This document shows positions 1 to 9,693 of a stretch of DNA of 64,000 bases, piece by piece. The notes under the pieces were generated by a model. It did no database searches. It was not told the origin of the DNA and worked only from the letters and a program-made list of their open reading frames with translations. Source of the stretch: Tetramitus jugosus (lineage: Eukaryota > Protista > Heterolobosea); NCBI GenBank assembly GCA_937625935.1, contig OW569358.1, positions 434,001 to 498,000 on the forward strand, given 5' to 3'. A program made the position numbers and the translations under genes. Within the stretch, counting starts at the first letter, position 1. Each line of letters opens with the position of its first letter.

Positions 1-58
1 ATATGAAGGTAGATTACCGAGTGGCCTAACTCAAAATAAAAAGAAATTTAAAAGCTAT

Positions 59-130
59 TGAGGAGTGAGCGAATTGAACGCCCGACCTGCTGATCTGGAG
101 TCAGATGCTCTACCGCTGAGCTAACCCCCC
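59..130 (-). tRNA. tRNA-Trp (anticodon CCA), intronless, 4-bp anticodon stem
   Basis: Reverse complement folds as a cloverleaf: GGGGGGT TA GCTC AGCGGTA GAGC A TCTGA CTCCAGA TCAGC AGGTC GGGCG TTCAATT CGCTC ACTCCTC A. T-runs follow downstream on the minus strand (Pol III terminator). Confidence 0.95.
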
Positions 131-330
131 ATTCCATGATATTTAGGATTCGGAAATCGGCCCGATTTTTTTAGATACGATCCGGTCTTGCAAAAGAGAA
201 TGAACGTGCAATCGCATCCCTGATCTGAAACTCATGAAGGATTACCATAACAACGTTGTTAAGTGATGTTGCGGTTTACAAACTATTTTAACTGTTCTTT
301 GTTGTCGCGAAATTCTTCTTCGAACAAGAA

Positions 331-2065
331 ATGGATTCAATTAACCCTGAAACGATCAATGAAGTTTTAACCAGGACTTTGCTGAGAGCGAAGAAGGATC
401 TCAAAGAGCTTGCTCGTCTCAAGAAGAAAGAACTCGGACCCAAGTCAGCTCTCTACACTCAGACATTTCTCGATGATGTCAAACAGGTGATGTAAGTAGA
501 CTACTCTCTCAGAATGAAAATCATATTGAAACCAACAAATCTTTGGTTAACTTTCTGTAATTGTTAGTCAGGAGGTAGGTGACGAAGAAAAGAATGAATC
601 GGAAGAGAGAATCAGTTTCATCAAGAAGAGAGGTCACTCCGGAGATCTGTCGAACATTCAATTCTCGGATAATCAAGCAATTAATCAGCTCACGGTAAGA
701 ATTCACTTTGGTCATTGTTGTTATCACCTCACAGTCACTCTTATCAACACTCCTCTCCACAACAAAATTCAATACAGGAACAATTGTTAGAGAAGGAAAA
801 TGAGTTGAAGAGAAAAACACTAACTGCTCTCAATTTGAAAGAAATATTTGCTCGGTCTCGTAATCTGTATGAACATGTTCCCTGTTTTCACTACTTCTAT
901 TCTTGAACTGTGACTCACATCTATATTTCTCTCTTTTAACTCAAGTATTGAGCATTTATGGACCGAGATGCATATTCCACCAAATGAAGCTGCTGAATTT
1001 GCCAAAAAGTACTTTTATCCAGAAACAATCATGAACTATGTGATCATGTTCCAAGAGATTTCCAAGCTATCAAAAGTTAGAGGTATCCAGCATCAAGTAT
1101 TAACCTTGATCGAACAACGAGAAGCATACATTCTGAGACTGCGACAGATCTCACAGCAACTACTTACCAACAAGCGAAGTTCTAACTCATTCTACGAAAC
1201 GACACTGATATCGAACGAAGTACCTGATATCATTCAAAACATAAGAGAAATTACCATACAGATTATTTTGGCAATAATGAGGTGGAGAGATAAGTTGACG
1301 AGGAGGCAGCCATTTACTTACAACTCTCAAAACTATATCATCAAGATGAGAAACGACTTGGATTTCTTGAAGATGACACCATTAGGACCGCATATGGAGA
1401 AAACATTCCCTTTGGAGAGCAATCCACTATTACTGCCAATGATTCATATCAATGAACGATTCACTTCATCTCTAAGTGTAAGTACTGGCAACCAGCAAAG
1501 CAAATTTTCTAAACCCTTAATGAATACCTCCACAAAATCCTTGAAACAGAGTGTGAATACATCGATCGTTGTCAATTCGAGCATTGTTCTCTTTGAACCC
1601 AATCATAGTAAGAATGTCATCCCGAATAATAGCAACATCATCCAAACAAAGAACTCTCAACTCTTGAAGTCATTAGAAGATCGAGGGGAGAAGTTCATCG
1701 AAGATTGTATTAGGGTGGATCGAGTAATCTTTGTAGGTGAGGACAAATTTCTAAATGAAATGATGGAACTGGAGATTAAAGAGCAAGCAGCAACTAAGAT
1801 TCAATGCTTTGTTCGTTTGTACATGGCAAAGAAGATTGCTCGACAATTGAGAAGAGAGAAGAACATCAGATATCGGAAGATTCAGGAGGTAGTTCAACCC
1901 ATCTCTGCGAGACAAACTGTTTCCGATGATCAATTGCAAGATGAAGAGGAAGACGCCATGATGACTCGATTGGAATCTCGATCAAATGGTGACATGGTAG
2001 GCTGTGAAGGAAGATTTAACAGGAAAATCTTCAATCGAAGAGAAGACCACGTTCAACTCGCGTAA
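331..2065 (+). CDS. IQ-motif/coiled-coil protein, probably ciliary; 4 exons (331-491, 568-694, 778-866, 946-2065)
   Basis: Phase-consistent GT..AG introns join the ATG at 331 to the 365-aa ORF; IQ motif AATKIQCFVRLYMAKK. Confidence 0.7.
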
Positions 2066-2093
2066 GTGTTAAAAAGACATCTATTCTACAAGT

Positions 2094-3650
2094 TTATTCA
2101 GTGATCAATTTAACTGAAGGAATCAATGATTCCCATGAATGACAGACTGTGCTGCTATATTCAATTTGTAGAGCAATAAAAGCATCGAGCATGTAGGCAA
2201 AATCAACCTTGCGCTCCACTGAAAATCTCTTAATATCATCCGCAAATCTCTCCTCGGCAACCTTTAGTGACTGAGCCAAGGTTTGCTCTCTCAAAGATGC
2301 CTCCTCCAGTGATTGACTCAATTGTTGTACACGGTCTTCCTTGCCTGGCATCTTTGCAAACTTTTCAATGTTTGTACCAAGAGTCTTTGCAGCCGTGGAT
2401 GCATCCTCCTGATCCGCACGCATACCCTCCAACATTTTTGCAATCGACTTTATCGATTCACACATGCCCAAGTAGTAAGTCAACGTTTCAATCACTTGCA
2501 TCGTCTCCTTCTCTGCCTGAGACAGCGCACCCTTGGACAAAATATCACTCTTATCACCAATGTCAATCAACGACTGTCCCAATTGACTCTTTGCATCATA
2601 ATTCTTCTCTGCTTCGCCCACGTTTCTAAACGCCTTTCCAAACTCTACAATCGACGCACTCATCTCCTTCCTCTTTGTAATCATGTTTTGCAATTTTGTT
2701 TTCAGGTTCTTGAGCGAATTGTCCAAATCATTGACAAACTTTTTCTCTTCCATGATCCATTCTGGTTCCTTGATGGTCGGTGCCTTCTTGAACCACGATG
2801 ATCCACCACTGCTGCTGCCACTGCCACTGCTTCCACCTCCTCCCGACGCACCAGACGACTTTCCTGGCTTGGGTTGTGATTTGACCATGGTACGGAACGC
2901 TGCTTCATCCATCTCCAAAAATTGTTGCAGTGTGGTCGATGTGTGCAACACGGGGTGCTCTCCCACGCGAGTCAAAAACTTTGTGAGTGCTCTCTGACGG
3001 TACTCGAGCAGTGATTTGGTGTCTACGGCACTCGAAATAAACTTTTCCACAGTGCCCAGCATTGTTTTCTCCGGTAGCGGAGGAACAATTACTCCGGGGT
3101 ATTCTCTGACGAGAGAGTCACGGAGCCACATAAAATCATTGTACCTTCTGTGGCAAATGTTGGTCTTTTCCTTGTATTGTTCTAGTCTTGTCTGTATGTT
3201 GTGTCGATGATGATGATGAGGATGAGGATGAGGATTGAAAAAAAAAATGTGTTTTTTTTTTGTGTGTCGAGAGAGACAGAAAAAAGCAAATGGTAAGAGT
3301 CAGTCTCATGTGAACAGTCGAGAGAGAGAGAACTATTCACTTGCTCCTCAAAAAAAAAATCAAAAATGCAATGATGCATAGCACAAAATCAATACACATA
3401 CGTTGGAAGTGATTCGATAGGACCAATAGGACAATCCAAGCTTACCACCTTCATTCTTTTGTTCGGGTTCAGACACGGCAAACAAGAATGTAGGTGCTTC
3501 TGATTGATCAATGGAAGGCACTTGAATTTCACCATCGTGATGATTGTTGTGATTGTAGTATTCTTGTTGTTCTTCGTGGTTGTTGTTGTTGTTGTGATGA
3601 TGATGATTGGATTGTTGTTGGTTGTGTTGATATTCAAAATCGTCCATCAT
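2094..3650 (-). CDS. Sorting nexin, PX-BAR (SNX1/2, Vps5-like); intron 3192-3401
   Basis: Splicing restores YRITSN|TRLEQ...RRYNDFMWLR; PX motifs VPPLPEK, RQRALTKFL, HPVL; C-terminal helical BAR region. Confidence 0.9.
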
Positions 3651-4127
3651 TGTTTCTGTTTTGTTTGGTGTTGATGATGATAAATTATAATGGGTCGATG
3701 ATGATTTTGATTTTTTTTTTCTGTTTGCTAATTGGAAGAGTCGGTGATGCGTGTTGGGGAATTTTGGAGAGCGGGAAGAGGAGATATTTGATTGGATGTT
3801 TTGGAGCTGTGTTGGAGAAATATTTTTCTTTTTTCAGAACGGGTGGATCAGATTGTAAAGGTTCAAATCTCATGATACAATCTTCTTCTTTCTCTTTTGA
3901 AGTCAGTTTCTTTACAATTTCTGTGCCATTTCAACCAGGTATTCTCGAGTTCAAGGAATGAGTGGAATCGACAGCTCCCTTCGAATTGGAACTATTGGAT
4001 GGAAAATGTGGCAAGTAGATACCTGTGATCAACTGAACCCACCAAGTTCACCTGTGCACACTCCATATACGGGGCACTTATTGGTCTCCCTCGTTGTGCT
4101 TTTCCTTCATTTCTCGGACATCTACAG

Positions 4128-4565
4128 TTAAATGTATAGAGTTCTCCGTGGATGTCCCGGGAAAAGTCTGTGTTGGTGTGAATCCTCGAATACAACAACT
4201 TCTTTTACACTGTTTGGTATCTTTCTGGTGGTTCTCACATACTTCTCTTCGTGCGTGTACATGGATAACCACTTGGGAAGCATTGGAAGCACACCATAAA
4301 ACTTCGGACATTCCGAAAATGGTCCTTCCAGGGGAAACTCTTGCTTCAGCTGAGACAAGAGTAGCTTCGCATAGAGGTTTCTATTCTTTTTCCAGGTTGG
4401 CTCTTGAGGCAGAGGCTCCTTCAATCTCTCCAACCACTTTCGAACTCTAATGCACTCAGTTTTGTTTCTCCGCAATCGATTGGTGACTTCTGTGCTATGG
4501 TTGATATCAGACACCAGAGCTTCAAACTCTTGATCCAATAGGTCTATGATCTTCTGTTTGTCCAT
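4128..4565 (-). CDS. DUF4485 (CEP112 N-terminal-like) domain protein
   Basis: Motif WLERL..PTWKKNRNLYAKLLL..LEGPF...P..GVLP matches DUF4485 as I recall it; the 3' end may involve further splicing. Confidence 0.65.
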   Translation of the reverse strand: MDKQKIIDLLDQEFEALVSDINHSTEVTNRLRRNKTECIRVRKWLERLKEPLPQEPTWKKNRNLYAKLLLSQLKQEFPLEGPFSECPKFYGVLPMLPKWLSMYTHEEKYVRTTRKIPNSVKEVVVFEDSHQHRLFPGHPRRTLYI

Positions 4566-4606
4566 ATTTTATTACTCGCAATTTACGAAAATAATAACGG
4601 TCACAT

Positions 4607-6649
4607 TTATCGTCTTTGTCTTTGTCTTGGTGGTGATTCTCCGGGACTTCTTCGAGACTCTTGGCGTCTGTCAACACGATCGTGTCGATATTCTTGGCGA
4701 TGTCTTGGATAGTCTCTGTCATATCTCTCATAATTATACCTGTCGTTCCGACGGTCATGATGGTGGTGAGAGTATTCTCTTCCTTCAGAGCGCTCATCTC
4801 TTCTGTAGTCGCTTCTCTCATCTCTGCGATAATCTCTTCGATGAGAATAATCCCTACTTGTGTGATAGTCAGCTCTCGGACTATTGTTATTATGGCTGAA
4901 TTCTTCTTGGCCTCTCTCGTAATCATCCCTAGCTCTTCTTCCTATGTGTACTCGTGTATGATCTCTATTGTTGTTATCATAGCTTCCTCTAGAGTTTCCA
5001 CGACCTCTTCCACCTCTTCCACCTCGACCTCGACCTCTACCTCTGTATTCGCCATGGCGCGATGATCTCCTAACTGAATTTGCTGGTGGAAGATTCCACT
5101 CATTGAGACAGCTGTCTAATAAAGCTCTCTTGGTGTCAACATGGATTTCCAGATATGGATCCTCCACAAACTTTTTCATATAGGTCAGGGTATCAATCTG
5201 CTGATTCATAATCTCTATGCCCGACTGGCGCAGATAATTGATAAATGTTTCGTCTTTTTCGATAATACTAGGATGAACGATGGCTGCTACATCTTCGTTG
5301 TTATTGAGCTTACGATTAACATCAATTAGGAATTGAAGTAGGGCAGCGGGCTTTCTTGTTTTCAATCCCTTACAAACGACATATCTCTCCGAATTTGCTG
5401 GTCGACTTTGCAGAGGCTTCAACAAACCAAACGACTCAAAGTTCAGATACAGCATGTAGAGAATGCTGACTGAAAAATGAGAATAAACATCAAACAACTT
5501 GCAAACAAAGATACCACCGGGCCTCAAAACAGTCATACACGTAAGGAACTCGCCAAACACAATTCCTCTCATCAGAAATTCTTGGTTGTTATAGTCGCCT
5601 TCAACACTATCTCCTCCATCGGCCAACAACAATGCCACACCTCTATTGTTCGTTCCAGCATCAATATGATTCGACAAATCAGCTATATTATCGCTATTTT
5701 TCACATTGCCCGTTCCATCGACACCATAACAGAGTTCAAAGTTGTCATGAGGTGCATCATCATTGAACTTTTCCAAATTCCAATCGTTTGAGCCTTCTTT
5801 CAGCGTGAATCCCCATCCCTTTGCTCTCTCCGTCTTCAACCTCCAATAAATGTACTCTGTAAATCCACCGGGACCTGCACAAATATCTGCAAAATATAAG
5901 ACATTGTTCTCTTCGGGTAATAGACTCATATTCGTCAATCCAATCACCTTGTCTAAATTTGCAGTCTTAATAGCAGCTCGATTCTGAAAAATATATCCTC
6001 GTCCAATCAATTCATACGGATTGGCTTTGAACCTAACACTTAGAAACTTTTGACTGTCCAATGAATCAAACACACTCTTTGCGCTATTCAACTTTTCAAG
6101 CAATTCCAGATCGCATGTCGCCTTGGATATCTTACCATCGACTTCATCACTACAATACACTCGATACAGTCCGTCAACCAGTTGTGCATCAGAGCAGCTA
6201 CTCTCAGACCCAGTAGACACTGTCATTGACGGCGACGATGCAGAATGAATGTATTGAATCGATTGTTGATAGGGAAAATCTCTCACGTGACCCTTATCAT
6301 CATGTTTCTGCTCCACGAACACACCATCCGTTTGCTTCTCTGCTTCATGACCCAATCCTCCTCTCCCCAACTTGGCTTGTGCTTCAATCGGAGAAACAAT
6401 ACCTTGGTTTTTGGCACCGAGACCTTTGCCTTCGACGTAACCAGAGCCGTACAAGATTCGTTTGGCCCATGCTGATTTTTCATCATGCTGCACATCATCT
6501 CCATCATTGTTTTGTTCGTAACGATGTACTGTTTCTTGTTCGTGTGGTTGGTCATCGTGATGACCATTGTTGTTGTTGGTCTCTGTTGTTGCTTGTTGTT
6601 GCTCAGTGTTGTGCTTGCAAATTTCTTGTTCTTGTTGTTCTCCCTCCAT
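4607..6649 (-). CDS. CMTR1: Cap-specific mRNA (nucleoside-2'-O)-methyltransferase 1
   Basis: G-patch (GYVEGKGLG..NQGI..PI..GRGGLG); FtsJ-type MTase motifs NRAAIK, FADICAGPGGF, LADGG, CKLFD, SRPANSERY; RGG/RD-rich tail. First ATG is at 6649 (the ORF track starts at a GTG). Confidence 0.93.
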   Translation of the reverse strand: MEGEQQEQEICKHNTEQQQATTETNNNNGHHDDQPHEQETVHRYEQNNDGDDVQHDEKSAWAKRILYGSGYVEGKGLGAKNQGIVSPIEAQAKLGRGGLGHEAEKQTDGVFVEQKHDDKGHVRDFPYQQSIQYIHSASSPSMTVSTGSESSCSDAQLVDGLYRVYCSDEVDGKISKATCDLELLEKLNSAKSVFDSLDSQKFLSVRFKANPYELIGRGYIFQNRAAIKTANLDKVIGLTNMSLLPEENNVLYFADICAGPGGFTEYIYWRLKTERAKGWGFTLKEGSNDWNLEKFNDDAPHDNFELCYGVDGTGNVKNSDNIADLSNHIDAGTNNRGVALLLADGGDSVEGDYNNQEFLMRGIVFGEFLTCMTVLRPGGIFVCKLFDVYSHFSVSILYMLYLNFESFGLLKPLQSRPANSERYVVCKGLKTRKPAALLQFLIDVNRKLNNNEDVAAIVHPSIIEKDETFINYLRQSGIEIMNQQIDTLTYMKKFVEDPYLEIHVDTKRALLDSCLNEWNLPPANSVRRSSRHGEYRGRGRGRGGRGGRGRGNSRGSYDNNNRDHTRVHIGRRARDDYERGQEEFSHNNNSPRADYHTSRDYSHRRDYRRDERSDYRRDERSEGREYSHHHHDRRNDRYNYERYDRDYPRHRQEYRHDRVDRRQESRRSPGESPPRQRQRR

Positions 6650-6972
6650 TGTCTCTGGTCTCTCTGTGTTTCGTGTTTGCTTTTTTTCTTCCTGCCGAAG
6701 AATCACTGCGTGCTTACTTGATCATGCATTGTGCTTCAATCAATGTGAAGAACCTCAGAACATGTCACATTCAGGCCAGAGGAGTTTCAATTTCAGGCAA
6801 GTGTTGCTTGTCAGTCAACATACCATACGCAAATACAACGCGAGAAGTGCGGGATGGCGTTTTTCGGAATATTAGTTGTTCTGGAAGCTTTGGAAGAAAA
6901 CTGCTTCGTCACCCAACTCACCAAACAAACAAGAAAACACCAAGCAAACACAACACACATTCATTGAACACC

Positions 6973-7821
6973 ATGAGCGCACCACTTGAGAAATTCCAAG
7001 AGAGATCCATCGAAGGCAAAGTCATCATTGTCACCGGAGCCAGCAGAGGCCTAGGAAAGCACCTTGCTCTTCGCCTAGCTGAAAGAAAGGCCACTCTGGT
7101 GCTTACTGGTAGAGATCAATCCTCACTGGACACTGCTGTTCAAGAGCTAAAGAACACTACGGGTCACGATCAAATTTTTGGCTACGTTTGTGATCAGGGC
7201 AACATTCAATCCATTGATGCCTTCTTCTCTGCTCTCACCAAGCAATTCTCCCACGTGGATGTGTTGGTGAACAATGCTTCTATTATGCCTGGTTACGGTG
7301 TAGAGAGTATTGATGATCAGTTGGATATTGATACGTTGAGAATCAATGTCGAAGGAGCTTTGCTCGTGACCAAGAGGGCACTTCCATTGCTGTTTGCTTC
7401 ACCAAACAAGGACTTTGAGAGAACCATTGTGTTTGTTTCGAGCTCTGCTGGTTATTTGACTGAGCCTGAAGAGGGATATGGTATGATCAGTTACAGGGCT
7501 AGCAAGGCTGCTGAGAATGGTATCATGGTTGGACTTCATCAACTGTATGTCGATGACAATGCCATGGGCAAGAATTTGAGAGGTGATCGCTTTTTGAACA
7601 GAGTCGTTTCTGTTCATCCTGGTTTCGTTGCTACTGGATTGGGCAGAGAAACATGGAGCGACAAGTCTCACGACGACAGCACCATTGCCAACATCAAGGG
7701 CTCATGGGGCGCCATTCCAATCGAGAATGGAATTGATACCATTCTGTGGTTGGTTGCAGCTGATTCTGGTGTTGTGCAGAGCGGCAAGACCTACTTTGAA
7801 AGAAAGGTTCACTCCTTCTAA
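6973..7821 (+). CDS. Classical short-chain dehydrogenase/reductase (carbonyl-reductase-like)
   Basis: TGASRGLG, NNAS, VSS, catalytic YRASK, VHPGFVAT; ATG at 6973 after a CA-rich leader. Confidence 0.92.
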   Translation: MSAPLEKFQERSIEGKVIIVTGASRGLGKHLALRLAERKATLVLTGRDQSSLDTAVQELKNTTGHDQIFGYVCDQGNIQSIDAFFSALTKQFSHVDVLVNNASIMPGYGVESIDDQLDIDTLRINVEGALLVTKRALPLLFASPNKDFERTIVFVSSSAGYLTEPEEGYGMISYRASKAAENGIMVGLHQLYVDDNAMGKNLRGDRFLNRVVSVHPGFVATGLGRETWSDKSHDDSTIANIKGSWGAIPIENGIDTILWLVAADSGVVQSGKTYFERKVHSF

Positions 7822-8106
7822 ATTTCTATAGATTCATATGAATAAACGATTATTCTGTCATGACACTCTGTGAAAACCACTCAAAAGCTCACAACTCATC
7901 CATCATATACAAGTGCATTTGTAGTTCCTAAGCTCTCACTGTGGAACTTGATATCTGTGTTCATGATCCATTTCTCTCACTCAGACTCGCTCACTGTGGA
8001 ATTTCACACTGAAAGATTCCCCTTTGAAACAAAAAGCTCACAAACACACTTCGCACAAAAAAACAACAAACAAACAAATCAACAACAACAACAATCATAT
8101 AGAATC

Positions 8107-9681
8107 ATGATCAAAGAATACTCTCCATTGCATGAAGCCATCTACACTGGTAACATTGACAAAATGCATCAACTCTTATCATCCACTGATGCATCATCAT
8201 CATCACCATTGATTCACGTGTGCACAGAACGAAATGAAAGCGTATTGCACTATGCCATGTGTCACAACAGAAAAGACATGATTCGACCATTGATTCAACA
8301 ATATGGTGCCAATGTGAACAAGATTACCAATCAGAGTATATCTGTGCCTGCCATGAGCATACTCGTGGGCGCTCATGTCGACTGTTTGGAAGAATTTTTG
8401 ATTGTGTGCAAGGAACAAGCTGAAAAAAATACGAGTGGTGGTGATGAACATGAAGAAGAAGAAGAAGCGCAAGTGAAAAAAAGAAAATATGGCTTGTACG
8501 ATATCAACAAGAAGAACATGTTTGGTGAAACAGTGTTGCATGTGGCTGCCAAGGAACATTCGGCAAAAGCTTGTGAGCTATTGTTGCGTTTTGGAGCAAG
8601 TGTCAATGAAGTGACGAATGAAGGCTATACTGCTCTGGATTTTGCCATGGAAGAGGTGCAAGATGATCATCATCATCATCACCATCATCATCACGATCAC
8701 GATCATGAACATGGAGATGATTGTTGTCATCATGATCATGGCCATGATCATGACGATGATGATGAACAAGCGGCACAAGAGAGAAAACAACAAAGAGAAG
8801 CACTGGAAACGAAGCGACAAGAGTGTATCGAAGTGATCAAGACCTATGGTGGTGTCGAAGGCGACAACAAGAAGAGTATGGATGATGAGAAGGTGATGTC
8901 ACCAAGCGAAGCACCACAGTTTGTCAAATTTGGATTCTCCAATGATTCGAGCATGATGATGCACGAGACGAGATTTGGTGGTGCATTGTGGGCAGATGCG
9001 TTGCAAGTGTTCTACAGTGGTAAGAAGCCAAAGGTTGGTTATGCGTGCGAAGTGAAATTGATTATTGTGAATGATAATGGTAAGGGTCCAAAGGGCCATC
9101 CAATGATTGCCATCATTTATAGCGTATCAGATGATTTCAAGACAATTAAGGCTACGGGTGTTGTACCGCCACAAATGAAGGACGATATAAAGGAGTTGAG
9201 TGGTGAGTGGGATATCACTCTTGAATTTTCGTCCTCGCCCAAGATTCCCTATGTGCTCAAGAGTTTGGTGCCTCAAACGGATGCAACCAAGACTTATGAA
9301 ACATTGTTGAAGGCTGCTCATGAAGCAGAGTCGAAGAACGGAAGAAAGATTAAGAACAAGTTAACCAGTAGCCAAAAGCAATGCACCATCCTCAAGGGTA
9401 GTGAGGGAAGCGACGATCCAAACGCCAAAGTAATTGTTGGCATTAATCTGATTCAATCGAGTAGACTTGTTTATGAATACGAAGATGGAACCCAAGAGGT
9501 TGTTCAGGGACCTACCTTGCCATATGTGTTCCAGAGCATTGTCGAACAAAATTTGGAGCTAGAAGCTCAGGGAAAGCCTGGCATTAGCATCAAGGTCAAT
9601 GGACAAGCCGTTGTCTTCGATCTCGTAGATGACGATGATGAAGATGTCGCTGAATTGGAAGATTTTGACGATGAGGAATAA
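8107..9681 (+). CDS. Ankyrin-repeat protein with His/Asp/Cys-rich tract and an unrecognised C-terminal domain
   Basis: SPLHEA, SVLHYA, GETVLHVAA, GYTALDFA ankyrin motifs; ATG at 8107. Confidence 0.85.
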   Translation: MIKEYSPLHEAIYTGNIDKMHQLLSSTDASSSSPLIHVCTERNESVLHYAMCHNRKDMIRPLIQQYGANVNKITNQSISVPAMSILVGAHVDCLEEFLIVCKEQAEKNTSGGDEHEEEEEAQVKKRKYGLYDINKKNMFGETVLHVAAKEHSAKACELLLRFGASVNEVTNEGYTALDFAMEEVQDDHHHHHHHHHDHDHEHGDDCCHHDHGHDHDDDDEQAAQERKQQREALETKRQECIEVIKTYGGVEGDNKKSMDDEKVMSPSEAPQFVKFGFSNDSSMMMHETRFGGALWADALQVFYSGKKPKVGYACEVKLIIVNDNGKGPKGHPMIAIIYSVSDDFKTIKATGVVPPQMKDDIKELSGEWDITLEFSSSPKIPYVLKSLVPQTDATKTYETLLKAAHEAESKNGRKIKNKLTSSQKQCTILKGSEGSDDPNAKVIVGINLIQSSRLVYEYEDGTQEVVQGPTLPYVFQSIVEQNLELEAQGKPGISIKVNGQAVVFDLVDDDDEDVAELEDFDDEE

Positions 9682-9693
9682 AAAATCTCTTGT

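Noticed and set aside
6226-6972. Long N-terminal extensions in the ORF track (SDR 6226, ankyrin 7870, scramblase 12133, 19287-ORF to 20900, NFS1 to 23088, 36210, 41977)
   Set aside because: They begin at TTG/GTG or run through promoter or antisense sequence; the ATG following a CA-rich leader is the more plausible eukaryotic start.
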